A stretch of DNA of 64,000 nt from NCBI GenBank assembly GCA_002269645.1, contig NIVC01000280.1, positions 558,001-622,000 of the forward strand, given 5' to 3'. This document shows, piece by piece, positions 50,747 to 62,834 of this stretch (position 1 is the first letter of the stretch; each line of letters opens with the position of its first letter). Made by a program: the position numbers and the translations under genes. The stretch comes from Macrostomum lignano. Its lineage: Eukaryota. The notes under the pieces were generated by a model, which had not been told where the DNA came from, did no database searches, and saw nothing but the letters and a program-made list of their open reading frames with translations.

Positions 50747-52933
50747 CTGGAAACAAGCAAGTTTACTAATATGATTTTATTTTACACATACTGATTGAAA
50801 CGATTGAAAGAGGTTATATGACAAAGCTTCTATTAGTTCTATAAGCTGAAATTGCTCAACTTTACAAGCACCAAAAACATTTGATACTGTTAACATTTGA
50901 TACAAGCACCAAAAACATTTGCAACATTGGATACTAGTAGGCCCCTAATTTTTAATTCTAAAGTTATAAAATAAAGAAGTTCTATGAATCTATAATATAG
51001 TTTAAAAAACTCTTTGACTTAAAACTTTTTGAAAATTGAATTGCATAATTGCCATAATGCCATGCCATGATGCTATCAAGGCAATTTGAAAAAATGTTCA
51101 CATACTCACTTAGTATGTCCCAAAAATTGGAATTCAGTATAATATGGTCAAAAATTGCAATCTCTAGTATAGAGCATTATGGACAAGCAATCAAGCATAC
51201 AAACCTTAGAGATTTAGTATATTAAGATTAACTTAACATCTTAAAAATTTGAGTAGGCCTAGGCCTAGTGCTATAGGCTGCTAGCATCTAGCTAATAATA
51301 GGCCCTACTTTAGTAGTTTAAATATAGCTTCCAGACTTCCAGTTGATTTGGCAACAACCAATTTAGCAACAAGTCAGTTTGGCAACAACTGATTTGGTGA
51401 TTGCTAAAGATTAAAGGACATTCCTTGAAATTTAACATATTGGCATTAGTCCCTGCCATTCAAATAAAGGTAATTTTGTTTTAATTATACCAATAACACA
51501 TTTTCAAAAAGGTGCATTTTAACCCCTTGGAGTCTTAGATTAAGGTAAATACATTTTTAGTCTAGATAGTATAGGGACAACTGTGTCAAAGGCAATCAAC
51601 CATAAGTTGACATAGTTTGTGTGCCGCATTATTAGAGGTATACATGTATATTTAATTTACAATTATTTTTTATTGCATTTACAATTTACTTTAGTCAACA
51701 ATCAAACAATTAATAGACTAGGGCCTAGGCCTATGCAAATATAAAAGTTAGTTAAAATTTAACAAGTTAACAAGTTATAACTAGGTAGAGTTAAAACACT
51801 AGAAAAAGCATATATGTATGTATAATAGTGGGGCTACCACTTTTGGCTTATTTTGAAATCCAAGATTTCAAGTAAACATGCAAACTCAATGGATAACATG
51901 ACAAATTTGAAATTACCACCTTGTTTTAACTGCCCCCTCATAGCTCATATCACCAAACTGATTGGTTCCCTTAAATATAGTATTATAGACATAAAATTTA
52001 CGCCTACTTAGACTTGACTAGTTTACTAATCTCAAATCAAAGATTCAGAATATAGTCAGATACAGAAATAGATTGAAGCATGGTCATGGATGTTTTGAAC
52101 TGTACAGGGAGTTCAGACAATAAATATTTACTAGAATTAAAAGTTAGACTACAATTAGTTCTGAAAATATCTTATGTTACTTATGTACAATGCAAACAGG
52201 CAAATATAGTCTAGGCCCTGCCTGTGCTAGCCGGCTGCAGCTGCCGAGGCTGCCGCCTGCCTGCCCCTAGCCGACAATATAATATAAACTGCCTAGTCTA
52301 TAAGTATAAGTAGAAGTAGGTAGACATACAAGAGAGACCAATGAGGTGAATGTAGTGAAAGCTAAGTAAATGAACTAAATTAAAAATAAAAAAATGTCCG
52401 TAATTTTCAAAGTGAACATATACTTTTTTCGGCAATAGTAGTAGTAGTAGTAAGAGAATTTGGCTCAGGCAATTAGCCTGTTTGGCCAATATATTATAGA
52501 GCTATGTATTTGGAATTTTCGAATATAGAAGTTTATAAAGACGATTTGACGACGATTTGCTGAGTTATTGTAAAAGATAAAGTATTTGAAAGCGCGCCAG
52601 AATTTTTACGGTATTTTTAGACGAAAAGTGACGACTAACAACTAACGAGTATAAATATTAATACAAAAATGAGTACAAATTACGAGGTATAGCTTTAATT
52701 GCGAGATTACTTTGGTAAGCGAGTTTGTAAAAAAAAAAGATGTAGTATTTTTGAAAGCGCGTGATATTTCAAAGCGTGAAAAACGAACATAAACAATACT
52801 TCGAAAGAATTTTACTTTTAACGAATAACGACGATTTAAATATAGGAAATTAAAAAAGACAGTAAATGAATAAACAACTGAAAAGCGGATTTGTTACACT
52901 GCTGATGTATCTGATTCAGTTTGTTTAACTGTT

Positions 52934-54245
52934 TTAGCTATTCATGACTTCATATATTTTAGGGGTCTCCCTAAAACACGCCCCGCACCGCCCTGCAGCG
53001 CTACACATTAAAACAAATTGGACTATAACTGAAGACACTTCAAAATGCGTTTTCTGTTAAGCTTCAAATTTTTTATTAAATTTAGTTTTTTTACTATGAA
53101 ATATAAAATTCGGTGAATAATAAGTGATATTATTAATAATATTAATAAAAAATAATAATATAATTTAATAGTGAAAACGAGAATATAAAAAATAATAACA
53201 ATATTTATAATATTAATTAAAGATGTTTATTCCATTACTTGTACAACAAATGTTTTCTTTGCAATCAAATACTGCGTTGACAAAAAATGTTATAATGTGT
53301 AGCGGTTCGGGGCGGGGCGGTGCGTGTTTTAGGGAGACCCATATTTTAGCTACACCAGTGAGCTCTTTTCTGACTCTTTTTTCATTTGTAGCATATCCTA
53401 TCTTGTGTATTTGATTGCTATTTAAGAGGTATTGACAGAAGTATTTTTTCCTGATCTCTTCAGTTTGTGGACATTCGGTCAAGTAGTGTAGAATGTCAGA
53501 ACCATTTCGCGCTCCACACATTTTACATGGTTCTTGAGAAAAAAAGTTGGGTGTAATCTCGCATTTCAGTTTTAGGAGGGTTGTTAAGAATTTTTTGTTT
53601 CTAAATGTACATGGAAAGAAATCTGAAAGGTCGGGCCTGCAGATTTTTTTGTAGAGATAGGCGTTTTTGTAGAGTTTAATATGTTGCTGATTCTCTAGCT
53701 TTTGGCTAAGTTCTCTTTCTCTGTGTATCTTGAGGTGCTTTTTCACTAGGTATTTCTCGTTATTAAAGCTTTGGGAAAGTTTATCTTCAGTTAGTGCTTT
53801 TAGGTCTATACTTTCTAGTTTCTTTAGTACATTCATTTTCCATGGATTTTTTTGGCCGGTGTTTGAGTAGAAAATTTCTAGAGTCGTTTGGCAGAGTTTT
53901 TTGTGTCTAATCTTCAGCCAGTAGATGAGGTAGGTTTTAGCGATTCGTTGAGAGATTGGAGTAAGCTCAAGTTCTGATGATACCACACTGTTGCTAGCAA
54001 ATTTTGGTAGATTGAGGAGATATTTGTAGAATTTTAGCTGAATATTATCAATAGCTTTTGTATCAGACATGGTAGCCAGAGGGCCCCAGAGCTCACAACC
54101 GTAAGTGATAACGGGGGTAACAAGCGCGTCAAATAGTCTGCGAATGAGTGTGATGTCTAGGGACATATTCTTTACCCTATGGAGTAGGGAAAACATGGCT
54201 GTATATCCCTGCTTAGTTTGGTGTTCAATACATTTTTTAAAGCTG
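52934..54245 (-). mobile_element. 5'-truncated non-LTR retrotransposon (3' part of RT ORF with C-terminal CCHC knuckle; clade unresolved)
   Basis: LFDALVTPVITYGCELWG...IQLKFYKYLL...VSSELEL.P and CKMC-x9-HYLTEC; removing the MITE restores the end GVAKIYEVMNS*. Confidence 0.88.
52963..53340. mobile_element. 378-bp MITE with ~50-bp TIRs and 9-bp TSD (Mutator-type) inserted in the LINE 3' end
   Basis: GGGTCTCCCTAAAACACG... / ...CGTGTTTTAGGGAGACCC; perfect TSD ATATTTTAG at 52954-52962 and 53341-53349. Confidence 0.92.
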
Positions 54246-55075
54246 TTTTTTCATTTTTTAAAGGCAATAATTTCTTCTTTGTTCCAAATTAAAATTTGCG
54301 ATGTAATGAGACACAACGTTTAAAACAAATGCCTTTGCTATTATTGTCAGTAAAACTGTCCGTGTCAGCTATTAGAGCATTCAGTATAGGGGTTTCAATG
54401 TGGGTTCCAAAAGTTTAAGCTCTATAACAAAAAAATGAAATTTATAAGGTTCATAGAAATTCAAAGAAACCTTAATTTTTTACTTCTCGAGAGTTATCAG
54501 GTCAGGTATATAAGGGGGGTGGCAGCAGGGCCTAAACATTGTTACACAATACACAACACAACTCTCTGTGATGCTCGGTCATTTAATCTGTGCCTTTTGT
54601 CTCTGTTGGTTTGTTACTCATTGAATGTGTCTTAGTAGCCGAGAAATTTAAATTAGTGGCCATTGAACTTTATTAGAGAGGCTTTTCATATTACCAATTC
54701 CAGAATCAGAATCGGTTCGGATCTTCCAAGAAAAACAGCAGTATACCTATTTAATTCTGTTGAATGTTTGACTGCCTTAACAACCTCACTTAGCACAATT
54801 TTTTCACTTTCTTCTTGGCGATTGTCATTCAATAATAAAAACTTTATAGCACATATCTCCCTCTAGGGTCTAGTTATGGAGACAAAAAGTTATACTTCAA
54901 AAATTGGTTCTGGTTCTGGAACCAGAACAAGCAATATGAAAAGGCCTAGAGTTAGGCCCCTAGAGATTCTAATGAATTAGTATTTTGCCATTTAGTCCAT
55001 AATTTTTTCCTGTTTAATGTTAACTGACTTACAAGTTATATTTTTTGTCTATGCCAATATGTATGCCATATAAAT

Positions 55076-55286
55076 GGCTATAGCCATGGGTGGCAGGAGC
55101 TTGTGGCACTGGGGGCATGTGCCCCCCCCCCCCCCAGAAAATGAGTCCACATGGTAATTTTTAGTGCCTTTTCTGATTTTAGGCCCTAATTAACAGCTTA
55201 TAAAGGTATCTGTACGGCTGTGCCCCCTTGCCCTATGCCCAGTGTCTCCCCTAAAATATTAGGCTCCGTTGCCCCTGGCTATAGCC
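55076..55286. mobile_element. Possible small non-autonomous DNA element bounded by GGCTATAGCC
   Basis: GC-rich 211-bp island with inverted ends ggctatagccatggg / cccctggctatagcc; no clear TSD. Confidence 0.35.
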
Positions 55287-55979
55287 TAAAATTAATTGGT
55301 AATATTCTAAATCATCATATGGTAATGACAATTTTAAAAATTGAAAAAGTAAAAAACTATATTGATTTAGGCAAAGTTATATTTGAATTAGGCCCAAATT
55401 AGCAACTATATTTGCAGTTCAAATAAATTTATTGTTATATTGTTGTAAAAGTTTGGTATTTTGAAAATGAAACTCAAAGTCATGAACCAATAAAATAGGT
55501 CTAATTTGACAATTTGACAATTTTAAAGTAGCACATGTTTTTTTAGCTTAAAGGAATACCATGTCCAAATCATATTAAATGATATATTTATTGTGATAAG
55601 AAACATTTAATGATACAAAACCATTCAATTTAGTGTTATATTTATTAGTTTGACTGATTTTTAAATTATAATTAGTTGTTATAAACCTTTATCTTAATAA
55701 GTTTTAATTTATTATCCTTGATTATCACTTGCAAGCAATGACTAGATGACTGGATGTCTTCTTCTGCCAACCTTCATTGTGTTCCTAGGGTAGTTACATC
55801 AGGGTCAGGCCCAGGAGCTCTATAATATAGATTTTATAGTTTTATTTTCGAATAGTTTTGTCTCATTAAAGGTGTTTTCCATTACAATAAATTTATACAC
55901 TTTAGTATTCATTTAGGTTGAAAAAATTTTTAAAATATATTTTTTTACAATGATTCTTTATATTTCCAACAATTTGTAT

Positions 55980-57260
55980 ATGGTCACTTGTGCTTCCTTA
56001 TTCAGCAGTCAAAGCAGCATATAGAGAGGAAGCTACCCATGTCCAGCTTTGCTCTTTAGCCTTCTGTGCCATCTTTCCACTTCATCATTAGTTCAAACTT
56101 CCTGCCAAATAATACTAACATCAAGCTGAGCTCCACATAAGATTTGACAACCATATTGCTTTGACATACTAGCCAAGCCTAGGTAGCCTTACATTAGAGA
56201 TCATTTTTATTGTTTCTCTGAATCCAACTTCCATGTGCTCTGCAGGCAGGAAAGGTAATGCCATCAATTGTTAATAGAAATCTATTCTGTTGTTTGCTTA
56301 TAATATCTATAAGCTTCAATAAGACCTTCCAATTGAATTTAGCACTAGATGGCTTGGCTATAGTGAAAAAGGTATCCCTTTCACTGTGCCATAGGAAAAA
56401 CTTAATACATTGCTTATCACATAGAGCACTCAAAGTCAAGGAAGGATACTATAGATGCAGTTGCACTTAGATGTTGACAAAGACATCTTAGGATGGCAAT
56501 ATAATCATGCTAAGACTTTCCTATAGCAATCAAAATTTGCAATTTAAATTATATATAGTATATACTACATAATATAGTGTGCAAATCTTGTATATATATA
56601 AAAGAAGTTATTGTAGAATTATACACATTAGTCACTTATTGGACATTAAAGCAAACACTAGAGGCACCTACTTGATGCTGTTCTCTTTGCACATGTAGCA
56701 ATGAATTGAGTAGAGTTGTGTAAAATGCTCTTTGACTACATGAAAAGTATTGTCCATGAACCATTGGGTACATTGCTTTAGCAGAGTCAGTTGATCACTC
56801 ATTATAAACATATTTACTAGCCTGTTCTAGGTGAATGTCTTCAACAATAAAATCTGAAGGAATGTGTCTACAGTCCAGTTCAAAATGCAAGTTCACTGGA
56901 TCACAAGGCTGCTCTTTGGCACAACCATAGTTTGCATTCTTGGTAAGCTGTTTGAGTGATGGCTTGTAGGGACACCCTCTAGGCCCCCATTATATTACAA
57001 ATATACCTCTTTATCAATTGCCATGATAGGTCAAAAGCAGTTTCTTTTGTTGCTTGTTGCAACTTATGTTTGGTAGGAATTTCAATACCAGGGTTGCAGT
57101 CATGTGGCATTCCACTCCAGAAACCATCATTTGTGTGTTGCCATTCCCAAACAAGTACATTTTTATCCAACAGTGCATTTTACACATCTCCAATAGGTTA
57201 TTCCAGCTCGAGTATAATTGTGACCAAGGCAGTATTTTGATCCTTCAATAACCTGAAGTA
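55980..57260 (-). pseudogene. Decayed FLYWCH + MULE (Mutator) transposase; invisible in ORF track
   Basis: Manual translation across stops/frameshifts: TYWRC; DPVNLHFELDCRHIPSDF; QLTLLKQCTQWFMDNTFHVVKEHFTQLYSIH; K*VPLVFALMS; LDFE; KGYLFHYSQAI*; LMALPFLPAEH; *TNDEVERWHRRL; LPLYMLL. Confidence 0.88.
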
Positions 57261-57588
57261 GAATGTCCTTGCCTTTTTAGCTTGCTCATTGTAATATCTA
57301 AATAAAAGCTATCTTCATGTTGCTATTAAACTGGAGGCTGCACTGGTGGTTCCAAAGGTGACTCTTTTGCAATTGTGATAGAACTTCAAAGGGGCAAATA
57401 GCATAAAACTCCATAGCTAACAGCAACAGTTATAGCTAACAGCATTAGCTATAAACTGCTGATCAGGCTAAGCCTGAAGCTCTACAAAATGTAATTTGTT
57501 TAGGAGCTGAGGCTGAGACAGGAGCAGTTCACATAGGAGAAGCTAAGGCTGGGACTATACCATTTTACTTTGGAGCTGAGGTTGAGAC

Positions 57589-57760
57589 CATGCTTGGGCG
57601 CAACCTAGGGATTCACCCAGCCATTTCTATTGGCAACACACACATGTAAGTCACTATTGGATGGAATAGTAGTCACGTGACTGCTCTCAGCCAATAGCGA
57701 CTAACATGTGTATGTTGCCAATAGAAATAGCTGGGTGAATCCCAAGGTTGCGCATATATG
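57589..57760. mobile_element. 172-bp hAT-type MITE, copy 2
   Basis: Same length and similar sequence as 35526-35697; different perfect 8-bp TSD GTTGAGAC. Confidence 0.9.
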
Positions 57761-58539
57761 GTTGAGACTAAGGCCACTCTTCAACTTGGCACTGAGGCTA
57801 GGGCTGAACCACTTCACCTTGGAGCTGAGGCTGAGATTGAGGCAGCTCGTATACTAATATTAATAAATAAAAAATAGAGAAGCTAGTCTTGACTTTTGGC
57901 TAAGGGCTAAGGCCTATGAATATTTAATGGCAAAATCTAAAAAAAAGGGTAAGTTTTTTGAAAAAATTTTTTGGCAATTTAAAAGCAATGAAGCTATAAA
58001 ATAAATTTCTTTTAGCTTAAAAAAGTAAAAAAAAACACCAGTTATCCATGTATAGTCTTATCTTTGATAAAATGATTTCTTAAAATGTTGAATAAATTAT
58101 AAATGATATAAAAACTTTTTTAATATATGTATTCTAGCACACTATACCACTTTGACTCTGGCTTTATTTGTAATTTTTTACACCTGAAATAACTCATTAT
58201 TATAGTTTACTATCCTATTAATGATAAGCATTTTATACTGCAATTATTTTTCTCTTTCTTTCAGATAATAATTGTGCTTAGTATACAAGAATATAAAATC
58301 TTATCAGCCTGGCTACCAGTGCAACTCTAGAATAGTTAGGCATGTCTATGATTGTAAGGCGCATTCTTGGCAATATTGAGAGCTATTTTCACTCCACAAC
58401 TACTGACCATGGCAAGACCAACCAGGCCAATACGAGTCAGCCAGGTAGAACTTTCATTTTAAAAAAGTTGACTTAGTTTGTACTAATTCTATAATACTCA
58501 AATCTTTCTGTGTTCTTTTTTATGGAACAGTATATAGTA

Positions 58540-59030
58540 CATTCCCAGATCCCATGCTACCCTCCCAGCTCCCATGCTACCCTCCCAGATCCCATGCGAC
58601 CCTCGCAGATCCCTTGCTACCCTCCCAGATCCCTTGCTACTCTCCCAGATCCCTTGCTACCCTCCCAGATCCCTTGCTACCCTCCCAGATCCCTTGCTAC
58701 TCTCCCAGATCCCTTGCTACTCTCCCAGATCCCTTGCTACCCTCCCAGATCCCTTGCTACTCTCCCAGATCCCTTGCTACCCTCCCAGATCCCTTGCTAC
58801 CCTTTCAGATCCCATGCTACCCTCCCAGATCCCATGCTACCCTCCCAGATCCCTTGCTACCCTCCCAGATCCCTTGCTACCCTCCCAGATCCCATGCTAC
58901 CCTCCCAGATCCCTTGCTACCCTCCCAGATCCCTTGCTACCCTCCCAGATCCCTTGCTACCCTTTCAGATCCCATGCTACCCTCCCAGATCTCTTGCTAC
59001 CCTCCCAGATCCCATGCTACCCTCCCAGAT
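58540..59030. repeat. 20-bp C-rich minisatellite (cccagatcccttgctaccct) upstream of the RASSF exon
   Basis: Direct reading; produces the false N-terminus of ORF 58510..59997. Confidence 0.93.
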
Positions 59031-59059
59031 CCAGACGAATCCCCCATTCGATCCATCAG

Positions 59060-59899
59060 GCTCCGGTCGTGACACCCAAGGCGGTCACAAGTTCGAGCCT
59101 CGCAGCCTGGACAAACCGACCGCCTGCGACGCCTGCGGCCGGGCGGCCCTCGGCGACTCGCTGGTCAGCTGCCGACGCTGCAGCGCCACCTGTCACGCCG
59201 ACTGCGCTGCTGCAGGCATCGGCGTCGCCTGCCACGAGGCCGACAGCTCGCCCGGTGTTGTAACTGACGAGAACACGGCCGCCGCCACCGACGACGACCT
59301 CTCCGCTGACTTCAACCCTGACGACGACTCGGCATTCGTCACCGCCAAGGAGCTGCTGCTGACAGCCGGCTCCCCCGCCGACCGGTCCTACACGCTGAGC
59401 AGCCTGGACTCGCGGCTCATCGATCGCACCGGCATCCGCCTGGTGACACCGACGAGGCCGTCAATGGAATCCGGTGGCGGCGGCGGCGGCAGCAAAGTTC
59501 GAAGCTTCTTCGCCGCTTGGACCCCGGAGAAGCTGGGCGCGCACCTGTTTCTGCTGTCCGAGCGCCTGCCTGGCCAGGAGTTTCGCGTCCAGTCCGCTGC
59601 GTCCTCGTCGCATCCGCACAGCCAGCACCACCTGCACCACCTGTCCCAGCAACAGCAGCAGCAGCAGTTGAGGTTTCGCGGCTCCCTTCGAGTCCACGTC
59701 AACCTGATGCGACCCGTGCACTCCGACAAGCCGGCGGCCACGTTTTTCCTGCCGAGGGGCCACGCCTGCCTGCTGCACGGCCTGTCTAGCGACCTCGGCG
59801 CCGACGAAGTCGTCTGGCAGTTGCTGGCCAAGCTGCGCATCAAGGATCCGGCGCATAAGTTTGGCCTCTATTTGCACACTGTGCGAGGCGACTGCACCG
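59060..59899 (+). CDS. RASSF: RASSF1/5-like exon: C1 zinc finger and start of RA domain (start exon not located)
   Basis: HKF...CDAC...CRRCSATCHADC; FRGSLRVHVNLMRPV; FFLP; LLAKLRIKD.AHKFGLY; acceptor ccatcag| (alternative in-frame acceptor near 59035); donor G|gtgag. Confidence 0.88.
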
Positions 59900-60589
59900 G
59901 TGAGCATTGGCGACTTGTTAGATGGCGAGGCGTTATATTGTTTAAAACTGGTATATTTGCTTTAGCCGTTTACCTTAACTTTATTTATATAAACTAATTA
60001 GATAACGAGGCATTCATTATGTTTTCAAGCGGTCATAGTTGCTCCCGCCGACTACCTTTATGGTTCATTAACTAGTATATAAACACATGACAGTTTATGT
60101 TAATACGTTCTTGATATTCTCTATTAGCGAGTGTGGTAGCTGTATACCCATCGGCTAAGTTGTTGAATAATTTAATTAGTCCACGCATTTTATAGCTCTT
60201 TCACTTTTAATTTAATCTTGTGATTGTGTACGCAAGCTTTCACATGGTGAAATTAGTTGCCTTTTAGTGACAGCCTGCGGATCTTGTGGCTCAGTGAAAG
60301 ATGTGGAAAGAGCTTTTAATATAAGTATATATATTTTTAAATATTTTACATCACACACCTAGATATAAGCATTTAATTTTTTTGTATTTGATTTTCTTCC
60401 GAGCAACTCGTATTTTTCACTGGGGGAATTCCGCATTTTTGGGGGGTGGTTTCGAGTTTGCTCAGTTTGGGAATTTCCTGTTGGGAAGATTTTCTCTAAG
60501 GGATCCTCGTTGGATAGTTTCTCTTGGGAATTCCGTATTGGAGGGGGGATTTTATAGCTGATAAACCCTGCGTTTAGAGGATTTTAAAG

Positions 60590-61030
60590 TTTCGGAATTC
60601 CGCGTCAAGAGAAGAGCTAGGGAATTCCGCGTCAAGAGAAGAGCTAGGGAATTCCGCGTCAAGAGAAGAGCTAGGGAATTCCGCGTCAAGAGAAGAGCTA
60701 GGGAATTCCGCGTCAAGAGAAGAGCTAGGGAATTCCGCGTCAAGAGAAGAGCTAGGGAATTCCGCGTCAAGAGAAGAGCTGGGGAATTCCGCGTCAAGAG
60801 AAGAGCTGGGGAATTCCGCGTCAATGGAAGAGCTGGGGAATTCCGCGTCAATGGAAGAGCTGGGGAATTCCGCGTCAATGGAAGAGCTGGGAATTCCGCG
60901 TCAAGGGAAGAGATGGGGAATTCCGCGTCAAGGGAAGAGCTGGGGAATTCCGCGTCAAGGGAAGAGATGGGGAATTCCGCGTCAAGGGAAGAGCTGGGGA
61001 ATTCCGCGTCAAGGGAAGAGCTGCGGAATT
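60590..61030. repeat. 27-bp minisatellite (ggaattccgcgtcaagagaagagctag) with degenerate GGAATTCC units on both flanks (60420-61240)
   Basis: Direct reading. Confidence 0.92.
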
Positions 61031-61297
61031 CCGCTTTAAGGGAGGAGAATTTCGAGATGGGAATTCCACGTTGGGGGATTTTCAAGTTTGAGAATTCCGC
61101 TGTAGGGGGGTTTAAGATGTGAATCGCGTTGGAGGAATTTTAAAATAGGGGAATCCGCGTTAAGAGAAGATTTTATAGAGCTGAGGAATTCCTCGTTAGG
61201 GGGGATTTTCGAGATGGGAATTCGGAGTCGTGGGGGAGGGGAGCTAAGTTGCCATGAATTGACTGCTGACCCGAACCCGAACCTAATTTGTCGGCAG

Positions 61298-61437
61298 TCG
61301 AAGTTCGCCGCCTGCATCCCCAGGAGAAGCCGCTGGAGATTCTGCTGTCCTGGACCACCCTGCCGCCAGCTGAGATGCGGACCGCATTCGATAGGCGGAG
61401 GTTTGTCCTGCAGGAAACTGACACGTCTAGTGTTGAT
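61298..61437 (+). CDS. RASSF: RASSF exon (end of RA domain)
   Basis: RRLHPQEKPLEILL...FVLQETD; acceptor tcggcag|TC; donor GAT|gtgagt. Confidence 0.88.
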
Positions 61438-61529
61438 GTGAGTGCAGCGGCCCCGCCTTTGTTCTACTGCCCAGTAAGGGTTGCTCAAGGTGGCTTCCCA
61501 TGACTATTCAGAATAGTTTAGAAGCGGAA

Positions 61530-61810
61530 AGATAAGAGGGTAAAGAGGGGATAAGAGAGGGTAGAGAGGGTAAAGAGGGGATAAGAGAGGGTAAAGAGGG
61601 GAGGGTAGGCGGAGGGTACAGAGGGGAGGGTAGGCGGAGGGTACAGAGGGGAGGGTAGGCGGAGGGTACAGAGGGGAGGGTAGGCGGAGGGTACAGAAAG
61701 GGTAGGCGGAGGGTACAGAAAGAGTAGGCGGAGGGTACAGAGGGGAGGGTAGGCGGAGGGTACAGAAAGAGTAGGCGGAGGTTACAGAAAGAGTAGGCGG
61801 AGGGTAAGGT
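61530..61810. repeat. G-rich ~25-bp minisatellite (ggagggtaggcggagggtacagagg)
   Basis: Direct reading. Confidence 0.88.
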
Positions 61811-61974
61811 ACATATGGAAGGGTACACGGATTAAATATTACGTGCTTTCCATTCTTTCCCGGTAGAAAACAATTATCAGGAGCAAATCAGAAAAAATCT
61901 CCCTGGTAGTCTTTTAAGCCCACCGTTCTAGTACAGATTTCAAAAGCTTGCAAATCGCATCCCAATTTCCTCAG

Positions 61975-62145
61975 TGGGATCTGTTCAGCGTCCCGGAGCT
62001 GCTGAACTTCCTACAGATCCTCAGCCTGGAGCAGCAGCAGCACGAGCGGAATATTCGTAAAAAATTTCACGACTTGCGCTGCGCACTCGCCAGCAGGCAG
62101 CTCGAAATTGAGCAGGGCATGCTCAGAGAGGAGTCTGAAGCCTGA
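61975..62145 (+). CDS. RASSF: RASSF last exon (SARAH domain)
   Basis: WDLFSVPELLNFLQILSLEQQQH matches W..FS.PEL.NFL.IL; acceptor ttcctcag|TGG; TGA at 62143. Confidence 0.9.
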   Translation, partial: WDLFSVPELLNFLQILSLEQQQHERNIRKKFHDLRCALASRQLEIEQGMLREESEA

Positions 62146-62834
62146 CCTCATCTCCTCTGTCTCTCCTAAGTCAAAACATTTTTGTGTTTTTTTTATTTAA
62201 AGTGCTATTGTGTACTTTAATTTTTCATCTATCGAGGGGCATGGGCTTTGGTTTTTTACTTGATTGTTCAGAGATTGCCATTATATTTTTATAGTAATAT
62301 GCTTTGTAAATGAATTAATTTATTAACTGTGCATATCTAATTTTTATCTCCAATAAAAATGCAATGCAATTCATTGTCTGTATAAAGGCGGTTTTTCCTG
62401 TTTTTTTGTTTAACCTCACTAACTTGGCTCTCTTCCCGTAAGTGCATATTGTACTTTCATGATTTTTGGAGCCATTTTTCCTTTTCATGTCTGTCATAGT
62501 TATACCTGCGCTTTTTAGTGAAGGAGTCATATCAAGCTTAATATTTTTTCAGGTACTGCTTGTTGGCTATTTTTGTATCCAATATTTTTACTTCCCAGCA
62601 GATCTAATTGGCTGTTCTATTCCTTCTTGTCGATTTTATAACCCATTTCCTCTCCACATGACGCTTGACGCTTTATCCAGAAAGCTCAATGCGTCTGTTT
62701 GCTAAAGTTTCATTAGTTCGATTATATGCTGCCAAATTGTTGTTCATATTCATAATTTTCGAATTATTTTGTTCATACTCGTTTGGGAGTTCACTATTGT
62801 ATACCTTCTTTTTAATAATAAAATGATTATAATT

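Noticed and set aside
55980-57260. RIP-like hypermutation of the MULE relic
   Set aside because: The stops arise from CAG/CAA/CGA/TGG, the ordinary transition routes to stops, so no special mechanism is needed
58510-59059. PSQIPCYPPRSLATL repeat N-terminus of RASSF
   Set aside because: Intronic 20-bp minisatellite upstream of the acceptor
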